64,000 nucleotides of DNA, from positions 1 to 64,000 of the IMG/VR virus record IMGVR_UViG_3300043774_001054. The stretch is one strand, 5' to 3'. The notes beneath the pieces are model-generated. The model ran no database searches and was not told where the DNA came from. It saw nothing but the letters and a program-made list of their open reading frames with translations. Positions 31,208-39,881 of this stretch are shown here, one piece after another; position 1 is the first letter of the stretch; every line of letters begins with the position of its first letter. The DNA is from an uncultured virus (IMG/VR IMGVR_UViG_3300043774_001054) (taxonomy: Duplodnaviria; Heunggongvirae; Uroviricota; Caudoviricetes). The translations under genes were made by a program, and so were the position numbers.

Positions 31208-31675
31208 TTAGCGAAGACGTACTAAATAAACTGAAATGTTGACTTCCGTATCGATGGTAATAACTCTGAAGCCGATTGTAACATTATACCGATTGCGGTC
31301 GGAATCATCTATAATTTGAATTGTTACCGAATCAACGCGAGGCTCGTACTGAGTAATTACTCGTTTAATTGATTCTCTGATGGCAATTGCCGTGAGCCGG
31401 TCGGCTGGTTCAAACAGTAGCGATCTTAAATTGGAACCGAGTTTCGGCTGAAAAGGACGCTCATTATAGTTTGTAAGAACTAGGTTCTTTACGGCCGCTC
31501 TTACGGCATCAATATCTATCAATGGAACAATATCACCAAGCTGTCCTTCTTCTCTCACAATCGGATATATCTGTAAGGATAGATCCAAGTCGGTATATTG
31601 ACGATTCTTGGAGACAATCGCGGCTCTCCGAGCCAATACCGATTTATCTGAAAGAGGGTCTTGTAATATAGCCAT
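31208..31675 (-). CDS. gp25: Baseplate wedge subunit gp25
   Basis: 'YTDLDL', 'VKNLVLTNYNERPFQPKLGS', 'YEPRV'. Confidence 0.92.
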   Translation of the reverse strand: MAILQDPLSDKSVLARRAAIVSKNRQYTDLDLSLQIYPIVREEGQLGDIVPLIDIDAVRAAVKNLVLTNYNERPFQPKLGSNLRSLLFEPADRLTAIAIRESIKRVITQYEPRVDSVTIQIIDDSDRNRYNVTIGFRVITIDTEVNISVYLVRLR

Positions 31676-31683
31676 GAGTTACC

Positions 31684-31691
31684 TATTTATA
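31684..31691 (-). promoter_or_regulatory. T4-type late promoter TATAAATA
   Basis: Exact motif 8 nt upstream of the gp25 ATG. Confidence 0.78.
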
Positions 31692-31696
31692 AGTAT

Positions 31697-31954
31697 TTAC
31701 CCACAATTAACCGTTGCGGTAGATGCTGCAACGTGACCGCAGGACGCCTTATCTCCCGACCGAGAAACACCCTTACCACCAATAAAAACCTTGGTCGATT
31801 TTTCTATCATCTTGGCGCTTGAATGGACTCCGGCACCATGAGAAGCTATTGGATCTTGATCCACAACAATTGCTTTACCATTTGCAAAAACAGTGGATTG
31901 GGTTGCTGTAACCTTACCTCCGACAATGCTTTGATCTAATAATACTGCTGGCAT
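31697..31954 (-). CDS. gp5.4: PAAR-like spike tip protein (gp5.4-like), start revised to 31954
   Basis: MPAVLL...'VFANGK','H...H','VFIGGKGV','GDKASCGH' metal-binding PAAR pattern. Confidence 0.8.
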   Translation of the reverse strand: MPAVLLDQSIVGGKVTATQSTVFANGKAIVVDQDPIASHGAGVHSSAKMIEKSTKVFIGGKGVSRSGDKASCGHVAASTATVNCG

Positions 31955-31955
31955 A

Positions 31956-33008
31956 TTATGCAGATTTTTTGTTTTGCTGGTAATCCGAATGATTAAGAAC
32001 CAACACTTTATTACGGTTGAGCAGTAATTCCGTAAGAACGATATAATCCGAATAGTTTCCAAATTCGGGATTCATATTTAATTTGTTTTTCTCGACCACA
32101 AATGCTTCGTTATTTGGATTTATTAAATACTGTTCATAAATTTTACGCCAAGCAACTATAGAACCAATTGCTTGAACCTTGTCAAGATAGATCTTCTGAT
32201 GGGTTTTGTGTGTACTGTTTACAGCAATTTCTTCGGCTGTAAGTAGACCTGCTGCCTCTAATTGGTCCGAACTCATTCCAAAACTTTTCATTTTGTTTCC
32301 AAAAACGCCAGTTGGAGTCTTACCACTTACATTTGTGTCAAATTGTTTTTCGGCTATTTTGATTTCTTTAATTAAAGGCGTATGAATTTCATCTTGATAA
32401 GATTTTTCCACCTCGGTTGCATAATCGGTTACAACTGTATAACTAAACCCCGAATTGCTTATTGTAGTGTCCGAAGTTTTATCGACTATCGTAGGAACCA
32501 CAGAAACCGCAATAGGAGGACTTTCATTCGGAATAATTGCAGCCTTAGATTCAATGGAAATTGCACCTGTTTCAGGATTAATCTTGATGTTTGGTAGGTC
32601 TTGGCAATAGTCCAATGGAGTTTTACTGAATAGATCGGTTGCCCTTGTGATGTACCCTTCAAGATCCGGAACCTTTCCTTTCCAGCGATTCAGTATTGCA
32701 GCAATTGTTGCGGGCGATGGGTTGTTCTGAAGCGAAGCTAGATCGGATTGGAAGGAATAAAACTCTTCGATCTTTGGCTGAATTGCCAACAGTTTTTCAT
32801 TTGCGGTATTGATTAAAGTTCCCAATGTACCGAGTGCGCCCTTACCACTGGCAAGTTCATCCTTAATTTTGTTTTGAATCAATGTTAAAGCATCGAGTGC
32901 TGGATTCTGACCGCACGGAAGATTCACCGAAACTATACTTGTCGGAATACTCGGAAATTGTGGTACCGATGGGATTGACGGGATGGATATATTCTGTAAT
33001 GTAGCCAT
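31956..33008 (-). CDS. Hypothetical protein between gp5 and the PAAR gene
   Basis: 350-aa ORF packed 1 nt from both neighbours; no recognised motif. Confidence 0.65.
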   Translation of the reverse strand: MATLQNISIPSIPSVPQFPSIPTSIVSVNLPCGQNPALDALTLIQNKIKDELASGKGALGTLGTLINTANEKLLAIQPKIEEFYSFQSDLASLQNNPSPATIAAILNRWKGKVPDLEGYITRATDLFSKTPLDYCQDLPNIKINPETGAISIESKAAIIPNESPPIAVSVVPTIVDKTSDTTISNSGFSYTVVTDYATEVEKSYQDEIHTPLIKEIKIAEKQFDTNVSGKTPTGVFGNKMKSFGMSSDQLEAAGLLTAEEIAVNSTHKTHQKIYLDKVQAIGSIVAWRKIYEQYLINPNNEAFVVEKNKLNMNPEFGNYSDYIVLTELLLNRNKVLVLNHSDYQQNKKSA

Positions 33009-33009
33009 T

Positions 33010-34323
33010 TTAGTTCAGATTAATTGTCGAACCATTAATTGTTACGGCGCCCGAAGCGGTAACTCCGATTGTGGATGAACCATTTACAGAAATTGCTCCG
33101 GAGACCGTAGTGTTCTGGGTCGAACCGAATGTCTCAGTTACGGCACCATCAATTGTCATATTCAGTGTTGAAAGAGATTCGATCTTCATATATTCCTTTG
33201 ATACGAAAACCAAATGGCCATTGGTGGTTAGTTCGAGATGAGAGCCCGTGAACTCCTGTCTCTTACCCACAACGATATGACTATCGTCTCCTCCCACAAA
33301 TAAATCTAAATTACCGCCTACGGTCTCCGCCTTATTCTTGTCAATAAGTATTGTTGCATTACCACCGATGCGTTCAATTGAATTGGAGGTAATGTTGGAA
33401 GCAAACTCTTGGCCAATTTCGATTTGTTCCGATTTACCAATTTTAGACTGACGCGAGCCTTTAATGTATTCAGTTTTGTTACCTTCAACCTCAAGATGAT
33501 AGTTACCCTTTACAAGATGCCTAAAATCACCATCAACCGTAAGATTTGCCGATCCTTTAATGTAGATATTGTCGGCGCCTATAATAACGGTATAGTTATC
33601 ACCCACAATTGTTGTGGTCTTATTACCGGCATAATCAATTTCATAATAGGTACCCGACTTATGCATCTCAAATAGGCGTTCCGCTCCGGAAGTGTCATCC
33701 ATTTCTTTCACATGACCCGATTCGCTATGAAACGAGTGGTTACTTGGATAGATAGGATTTACTATGGTATCAACATCCCAATTGCTCCAGGTGTTTCGGG
33801 TATAATATGAACTTGCTTCCGGTACCGCGACGGAAGATAGTTTACCCGGAACCGCAGTTTCAATCTTTTCCTGGCGCAGTTGTTTCCGTTTTATGTAGCT
33901 TTCGGTCTTGGAAAACTCGCTTCTAGATTCTTTGGGTAGATCAATGGTACCTGGATTCTTAGGATGAACATTACTTGGATCCGAAAAACCCTTTAGTGGA
34001 TTACCACCCATTGTCATTGATGGAACTGTACCCATCACAATTGGATCCTGTGCAGATTTACCGTCACGAAAGAAACCTATTACCCATGAACCTCGAAGAA
34101 CACCCGTTGCCGATTGGCCAATACCGCTCATACCCGCGGAGGTAACGGGAGTCATTACTAATGCCCAAGGGAGTGATTCTGTCGGAATTTCCGCTTTGTC
34201 ATCGGTATGGTAACCAAAGCAACGGACCCGAACTCTACCCATTTGCATAGGGTCAATAATGTCCTCAACCACACCGGTAAACCAAGCAAACTCACCGCCA
34301 ATATATTGATCAAGACTGTTCAT
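33010..34323 (-). CDS. gp5: Baseplate central spike gp5 (OB-fold plus beta-helix, no lysozyme domain)
   Basis: 'WFTGVVED..DP..GRVRVR.FGYH', 'LPWA', 'GFFRDG..AQDP', 'SGHVKEMDD', and C-terminal VxG repeats. Confidence 0.9.
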   Translation of the reverse strand: MNSLDQYIGGEFAWFTGVVEDIIDPMQMGRVRVRCFGYHTDDKAEIPTESLPWALVMTPVTSAGMSGIGQSATGVLRGSWVIGFFRDGKSAQDPIVMGTVPSMTMGGNPLKGFSDPSNVHPKNPGTIDLPKESRSEFSKTESYIKRKQLRQEKIETAVPGKLSSVAVPEASSYYTRNTWSNWDVDTIVNPIYPSNHSFHSESGHVKEMDDTSGAERLFEMHKSGTYYEIDYAGNKTTTIVGDNYTVIIGADNIYIKGSANLTVDGDFRHLVKGNYHLEVEGNKTEYIKGSRQSKIGKSEQIEIGQEFASNITSNSIERIGGNATILIDKNKAETVGGNLDLFVGGDDSHIVVGKRQEFTGSHLELTTNGHLVFVSKEYMKIESLSTLNMTIDGAVTETFGSTQNTTVSGAISVNGSSTIGVTASGAVTINGSTINLN

Positions 34324-35687
34324 ATACGAATTGTTCTAAATGAAAACGGTAATGAATCCTTCTTTATTTTAAGGTCCATTGTATATTCTTCCGAGAATTT
34401 ATGCGCAACCGCGGTTACCACATACTTACCCGAGAAGAATTTATCCTGCATTTTATCACCTTTACTGTTATCGTTCTGTACGGTTGCTTCAGGATCAATC
34501 GAGGGTGCAATGCTTAGATTGATTGCAATACCTGAATTGACCTTAAAATCACCAGCCAACGATATATCATGGATGATCGAATCCAAGTTTTCAATATGAG
34601 CCTGTGCTTTATTGATGGATCCATCCAGAGTCGGAGCATGGTAATTACCTTCCACACCATTAAATGCATTGTGGTTGGTCGATACAAAATTAATTTTAGA
34701 GTTCGGATAGTTTGCCATCGTTTCGGAAGTATCTTCTGGCCAAAAGAAAGGTGACAGAATTTCATTGGCGTCCACCGAACTCATTTTCTTAAATTCATTC
34801 TCATAGTTAAACACACTACGAGTAAGAGTCTTTGTTGAAAGATCAAGATAGTTTGTGGTGGAAGCATATGCACCATTGGAGCCAGCAATGTATTTTGACA
34901 TTCTAAAGTCGGAACTCATCGTCATAATTCTCCTTGCGCGTTCTTTATAATCGGCTTTTATATGCGCATCATTCTGTCTGTCCGACTCGAGAAATTTACC
35001 ATCTCTGTATTCTCGGTATGGTTGCTTTAATGCCATATCCGTCTGAGCATCCAAACGTATATCACCATTTAATGTCTGATAGCAATAGAATGGACTGCCG
35101 CTTCCATCATAGGCTCTCCGTAATGCCCAAAAGATAGCGTCCAATGGGTTCATATTCGGAACAATAAACTTAGCAGAAACTGTGGCTGCACTAGAAATAA
35201 TGACCTTTTTAGGATCGACTCCGAGGTCGGTAATAAGAACACCCTTCACAAAGTCTCCGATATTTCCCGAATATGCACGGGAAATACGTTTCAGTTTTGA
35301 GATAAATGCAAATGGTGAAATACCTGTAATGCTATACACCTGCAAACGGTTATTCATTTTACCGAGAAGAGGGTATTCGCTTACATAGAAATTTAAATTA
35401 ATAATCTCCTCGTCATTGGATCCAAAGTCTTTTCGGGCAAGAATAACGTTGATCTTTTCTTGGCCCGTAAATTGGTATTCTTCAACTAAATTTACTGGGT
35501 CCTTTACATTCATTGTAAGCACCAGAGATGATCTATAGATGCTTTCAGTAATTGTAAAATCGGTTACTAATGACCGAATATCAGCCTGGTCACCCGAATG
35601 ATTCGTAATTGTGACCTCTTGTAAAGAATACGCCGTAGGCAATAATGCCACCGACGAATTAATTGAAATGCCTGTAATATTAGCCAT
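34320..35687 (-). CDS. Baseplate hub protein (gp27-like)
   Basis: 'ITESIY', 'FIVPNMNP', 'FFSGKYVVTAVAHKF'; position between gp53 and gp5. Confidence 0.6.
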   Translation of the reverse strand: MANITGISINSSVALLPTAYSLQEVTITNHSGDQADIRSLVTDFTITESIYRSSLVLTMNVKDPVNLVEEYQFTGQEKINVILARKDFGSNDEEIINLNFYVSEYPLLGKMNNRLQVYSITGISPFAFISKLKRISRAYSGNIGDFVKGVLITDLGVDPKKVIISSAATVSAKFIVPNMNPLDAIFWALRRAYDGSGSPFYCYQTLNGDIRLDAQTDMALKQPYREYRDGKFLESDRQNDAHIKADYKERARRIMTMSSDFRMSKYIAGSNGAYASTTNYLDLSTKTLTRSVFNYENEFKKMSSVDANEILSPFFWPEDTSETMANYPNSKINFVSTNHNAFNGVEGNYHAPTLDGSINKAQAHIENLDSIIHDISLAGDFKVNSGIAINLSIAPSIDPEATVQNDNSKGDKMQDKFFSGKYVVTAVAHKFSEEYTMDLKIKKDSLPFSFRTIRI

Positions 35688-36564
35688 TTAACAGATTCTT
35701 GTATGCCTGCGCAAACTGATAAATTGCTTTTGGACGAACTACTCGGATTTTTGATCTTTCTTCATTCAGAGTTGTTTCATGCTGAAAATTAGAAATTGCC
35801 GTAAGGTCTCCGTCTGTGGTTCCGGGTTGTACTCCGGGTCCGCCATTATCTATGGTTTTACTTTCATCAATGTTTAAGGCATTATATGAAATAAGACCAT
35901 TCGCATCTTCGTAGTGGTGCGGAGCATCACGATGAGAATATACCTCATACGTTGAAACAATATCACCTGATAAGTTACCTCTGATGTTTTCGGAGATTAA
36001 CTGATTGGGATTTCTTGTATCGGCAAGAAAGGTACCCGTTACACTTCTTAGTACCAATTGACACATCTGAACATTCTTTTCTTTTAGAATACCAGTGGCT
36101 CCCGAAGTCATACCAACAATAGTCTCACCCCGGAAATATGAATGTGATGCCACATCAAATCTGTCAATAAGGTTGAATCTATCTGCCAGAGAATTTGCAA
36201 CCTGGGCGATCAGACCATCTCCCGTGACAACGTATTTTGGACGAGTCTGAATAACTGTGCCACCATATTCAAGATTCATATAGTCTTCAAACTGAGTTCC
36301 CGTCATCGGCCAACCGGAAAGACCATTCTTTAAGTGATCGTTACAAAGAAAAAAGGTCCAATAGTATTCTGGGGTACCGTAAAGAGCATTTGATACGATG
36401 TCGGGACGGTCGCCGTCCTTAATGTCGTAATACTCATATGTTGCAAGGTCATCAAAAAAGGTCTCATCAATTTTGATAAAACGAAATAAATCAACGATTG
36501 TTGTATCTATTCCATTCTGTTCAAAATCATAGGTGGTTTTCGGAAACTGTCTGAAGAAGGCCAT
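35680..36564 (-). CDS. gp53: Baseplate wedge protein gp53 (start revised to MAFFRQFP)
   Basis: 'FFRQFPK..YD', 'IKDGDRPDIVS..LYG..EYYW', 'WP', 'LNEERSKI'. Confidence 0.85.
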   Translation of the reverse strand: MAFFRQFPKTTYDFEQNGIDTTIVDLFRFIKIDETFFDDLATYEYYDIKDGDRPDIVSNALYGTPEYYWTFFLCNDHLKNGLSGWPMTGTQFEDYMNLEYGGTVIQTRPKYVVTGDGLIAQVANSLADRFNLIDRFDVASHSYFRGETIVGMTSGATGILKEKNVQMCQLVLRSVTGTFLADTRNPNQLISENIRGNLSGDIVSTYEVYSHRDAPHHYEDANGLISYNALNIDESKTIDNGGPGVQPGTTDGDLTAISNFQHETTLNEERSKIRVVRPKAIYQFAQAYKNLLNG

Positions 36565-36568
36565 TGTA

Positions 36569-37339
36569 TTATTTTGTTGAGAGCGCTGCAATTTCCTGAC
36601 GGGTCAGAGCTTTAATCTCTTGGAATTGAATGGCAACATCAACCTCAAGAGGGCTTCCATCATCATGGAACATATTAGTCGAAGAATTAAATGTAGTGGT
36701 AAGACCCGTAAGGTATGAAGTATAAATTCCTGGAATGTGTTTATTATTTTCAATACCTTTACCGTCAAAAAATTTAATCGACCAGGTAGGAGGATATGCC
36801 ATGATCACGTCGGTACCGATCGGATACATTTTTTCTTGAAATGTCCGTATAATTTCTCTGGCGGCATACGAATCTTTTAAGGTTCTGCTTACCAACTTAA
36901 AATTAAATTGGAATGAACGTATATTAGAATTTTGAAAGGTCGTATTAGTATTTGGAGCAATTACTTGCTTATTTGCAAAATCAATCACGTTTGCGACCTG
37001 TTCTTGTCTAAGAAGCTGTCGTGCGGCAATTGATGCTGCTGCCGCTACATTTGCACTTTTAGCTTTTGCTAAAAGTTCATTTCCCGCGGTTTTAGCCCCT
37101 GCCCCAATTGCGTTTGCTAGATTACCCTCTCCAGCAGCAGCAACCATACCCTTTGCCGCAACATCGCCTAAAATTCCTAAATCAATCGTCGAATACGTCA
37201 TCGAATCGGAGAAAGTAAGACCCTGTGGGATGGGAAAAAAGATAGGTTTAGCATCATTATCCGCACACGTAAAATTGACACAGGGCCAAGCCTTAAAATC
37301 ATCTCGGAGTTCTTGGGGGAATGCTAGAATAGAAGACAT
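36569..37339 (-). CDS. gp48: Baseplate-tail tube junction protein (gp48-like)
   Basis: 'NTTFQNSNIRSFQFNFKLV', 'YPP.W', 'DGSPLEVDVAIQFQEI'. Confidence 0.7.
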   Translation of the reverse strand: MSSILAFPQELRDDFKAWPCVNFTCADNDAKPIFFPIPQGLTFSDSMTYSTIDLGILGDVAAKGMVAAAGEGNLANAIGAGAKTAGNELLAKAKSANVAAAASIAARQLLRQEQVANVIDFANKQVIAPNTNTTFQNSNIRSFQFNFKLVSRTLKDSYAAREIIRTFQEKMYPIGTDVIMAYPPTWSIKFFDGKGIENNKHIPGIYTSYLTGLTTTFNSSTNMFHDDGSPLEVDVAIQFQEIKALTRQEIAALSTK

Positions 37340-37354
37340 AAATATCTATTTATA
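37337..37354. promoter_or_regulatory. Overlapping divergent late promoters
   Basis: TATAAATA on the minus strand at 37347-37354 and CATAAATA variant on the plus strand at 37337-37344, spanning the 14-nt gap between gp48 and gp4. Confidence 0.65.
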
Positions 37355-37794
37355 TGACATATAAGGGCACCTTCACACCTAAGAATCCATCCAAATATCG
37401 AGGCAATGTGTCGAACATTGTCTATCGTTCTCTCTGGGAGCGACAGCTCTTTAGATGGCTCGACGAACAGTCATTCATTGCGTCATGGTGCTCGGAAGAG
37501 GTTGTGGTACCGTACCGCTGTAAGACGGACGGACGGATTCATCGGTACTTTGTCGATGTCAAGTTTGAATTTACCGATGGGCGCGTAATGTTGATCGAGG
37601 TAAAACCCAAGAAAGAAGTGAGTCCACCCAAGAATCCTGGTAAAAAGACTAAGAGATACATTACCGAGGTCATGACATATGCAAAAAACATCTCTAAATG
37701 GGAAGCGGCAACCGAGTACGCGAGCGACCGAGGGTGGATTTTTGAGATTTGGGACGAAGACATGCTCCGTAAGTTGGGCATTAAGATACTCTAA
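37354..37794 (+). CDS. gp4: Head completion nuclease gp4
   Basis: 'PKNPSKYRG', 'IVYRSLWE', 'W.SEE..VPY', 'HRYFVD', 'IEVKP', 'KWEAA'. Confidence 0.92.
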   Translation: MTYKGTFTPKNPSKYRGNVSNIVYRSLWERQLFRWLDEQSFIASWCSEEVVVPYRCKTDGRIHRYFVDVKFEFTDGRVMLIEVKPKKEVSPPKNPGKKTKRYITEVMTYAKNISKWEAATEYASDRGWIFEIWDEDMLRKLGIKIL

Positions 37795-37799
37795 ACACA

Positions 37800-37807
37800 T
37801 ATAAATA
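37800..37807 (+). promoter_or_regulatory. T4-type late promoter TATAAATA
   Basis: Exact motif 6 nt upstream of the gp2 ATG. Confidence 0.8.
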
Positions 37808-37813
37808 GAACTA

Positions 37814-38413
37814 ATGCCAGTCTCACTCTTCACAACACTTGAAAAAGAATTCAACTCCACGGGGTTTGAAAAGCGTTCGATTGAGGCAAAGGATTGGTTC
37901 ATTCAGAGAGTAAAGGAGCTAAATGGTAGAATCAATCGTAGGGCGCTCCTCAACGACGATAAGGTGCAACAGCGTTCAAAGGCAATTTGGGGCAATATGT
38001 ACATGTTTGCCTATGATCCTAAGTTCAAAGAGGAACTTCCGTATTACGATAGATTTCCGTTGGTTTTAGTAATCGGTCCCGCGACCGGAGGTTTCCTTGG
38101 TCTCAACCTACACTACCTACATCCAAAGATCCGGGCCAAATTTCTTGATAAACTGCTTGGCACCCTTTCCGATGATAAACTTACAGAGAAAACTCGGCTC
38201 AAGATTCGTTATAGCCTCCTTGCAAGTGCCCGAAGACTCCGTGAATTTGCACCTTGCCTCAAGCACTATCTTACGGGTCATATGAAAACCCGCCCATCTC
38301 AGGTATTCGCACCCGACTGGGAAACAGCAATCTTCCTACCAACCGAACACTTTAAAGGTGGCACAAAGACTCAGATTTGGTTGGACTCTCGCAAACAGTA
38401 TTCCGCGCGATAA
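37814..38413 (+). CDS. gp2: DNA end protector protein gp2
   Basis: 'YMFAYDPK.K..LPYYDRFPLV', 'GFLGLNLHYL', 'LKHYL', 'W..AIFLP...F'. Confidence 0.92.
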   Translation: MPVSLFTTLEKEFNSTGFEKRSIEAKDWFIQRVKELNGRINRRALLNDDKVQQRSKAIWGNMYMFAYDPKFKEELPYYDRFPLVLVIGPATGGFLGLNLHYLHPKIRAKFLDKLLGTLSDDKLTEKTRLKIRYSLLASARRLREFAPCLKHYLTGHMKTRPSQVFAPDWETAIFLPTEHFKGGTKTQIWLDSRKQYSAR

Positions 38414-38416
38414 TTT

Positions 38417-38938
38417 ATGTCATCAATTAACGACTTAAAATCCCAGTTAATTAAAAGAAGCGGTCCTGCTCATCAGAATCGGTTTAAGCTCATGGCCACG
38501 CTACCACCGGCGGTGAGGTCACTTACAAACTCAGAGGATCTAAATATCCTATGTGAGAATTGTACACTTCCGGGAAGACAGATCAATACCTTCGACTATC
38601 AGCTATTGAGACAGTCTATTAAAATTCCGAATGGATACATTAACGAAGATGTAAATTTTACTTTTCTTCTTACAAACGACTACCACATTAAAAAGGTATT
38701 TGATCTTTGGTCTTCAAGCACCATTGATTTTTCAACATACCGAGCCAAGTACCTTGATAGTTACGCTGGCACATTTGAAATTTGGCAATTGGATAAAAAT
38801 GACAGAAAGGTTTATGGTGTTCGTTTAAATAATGCATTTCCTATTTCTCTGACGGGTATTGGTCTTGACAATAATGCAGAGAATACCATTCAGAAATTTA
38901 ATGTAACAGTAGCATACGAGGACTTTGCTACAATCTAA
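38417..38938 (+). CDS. gp54: Tail tube-fold protein (gp54/gp19-like tube initiator)
   Basis: 'NRF', 'LCE...LPGR', 'V.FTF', 'L.NAFP', 'FNVTVAY'. Confidence 0.7.
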   Translation: MSSINDLKSQLIKRSGPAHQNRFKLMATLPPAVRSLTNSEDLNILCENCTLPGRQINTFDYQLLRQSIKIPNGYINEDVNFTFLLTNDYHIKKVFDLWSSSTIDFSTYRAKYLDSYAGTFEIWQLDKNDRKVYGVRLNNAFPISLTGIGLDNNAENTIQKFNVTVAYEDFATI

Positions 38939-38980
38939 TTAGTCCTCATTGAGTGAATCACTCTACAAAATCATAATACT

Positions 38981-39688
38981 ATGGCACTACCAATCATTGA
39001 AACACCGAAATATGAAACAAAACTTCCTTCCAGCGGAAAGAAGTTGGTCTACCGTCCGTATCTGGTAAAGGAAGAAAAGATCCTAATGATGGCGATTGAA
39101 TCTGAGGATCAAAAGCAGATTATGCAGGCAATGAAGGATACTATTGCTTCCTGCACCTTTGGTAAAATTGATCCCAATACCCTACCGATTTTTGACCTGG
39201 AATACATTTTTCTAAAACTACGTTCAAAATCCGTGGGCGAAGTTGCCAAAATTGGTATCAAGTGCACAAGTTGTGAAAAATCAACTGTGAATGAAGTAAA
39301 TCTTGATGAAATCGCTGTGAATACAGAGAACGCTCCGTCCAATAAAATTAAACTGAATGACAAAATCGGAGTTATCATGCGTTGGCCCGATGTAAATTTC
39401 ATTACGGAAATGACGGGCAAATCAAAGGTCGAACAAAAAGCTGCGGCATATGACGTGCTTGTTCATTGTATTGAATCCATTTTTGATGACAAAAAGGTAT
39501 ATCCAACCTCAGAACAGTCTCGGGAAGAGGTTATTACCTTCATTGAATCATTGAATCAGGTCCAATTCCAGAAGATTCAAGAATTCATTGAGGCAATGCC
39601 AAAGCTTGAACATGAAGTTTCTTTTACCTGCAAACACTGCCAACATGAAAACAAGGTAATGCTCAGAGGACTCCAGAATTTTTTCTAA
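38981..39688 (+). CDS. gp26: Baseplate hub assembly chaperone gp26
   Basis: 'MALP', 'YRPYLVKEEKIL', 'FDLEYIFLKLRSKSVGE', two CxxC motifs, ends 'GLQNFF'. Confidence 0.9.
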   Translation: MALPIIETPKYETKLPSSGKKLVYRPYLVKEEKILMMAIESEDQKQIMQAMKDTIASCTFGKIDPNTLPIFDLEYIFLKLRSKSVGEVAKIGIKCTSCEKSTVNEVNLDEIAVNTENAPSNKIKLNDKIGVIMRWPDVNFITEMTGKSKVEQKAAAYDVLVHCIESIFDDKKVYPTSEQSREEVITFIESLNQVQFQKIQEFIEAMPKLEHEVSFTCKHCQHENKVMLRGLQNFF

Positions 39689-39873
39689 TAGCCCTCTCCC
39701 ACGATACACTGGTTAACCACTATCAAACGAACTTTGCAATGATGCAACATCATAAATACAGTCTTACAGAACTTGATCATATGATGCCTTGGGAGAGGGA
39801 AATCTACGTTTCACTATTAGTTGAGCATATCAAGGAAGAAAACGAAAGAGCTAGAAAGAAATCTCAAAAATAA
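39685..39873 (+). CDS. gp51: gp51-like baseplate assembly catalyst (not in ORF track; first ATG at 39739, frame open from the gp26 slippery site)
   Basis: -1 frame relative to gp26 reads LIALSHDTLVNHYQTNFAMMQHHKYSLTELDHMMPWEREIYVSLLVEHIKEENERARKKSQK*. Confidence 0.8.
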   Translation, partial: LIALSHDTLVNHYQTNFAMMQHHKYSLTELDHMMPWEREIYVSLLVEHIKEENERARKKSQK

Positions 39874-39881
39874 CAACACCC

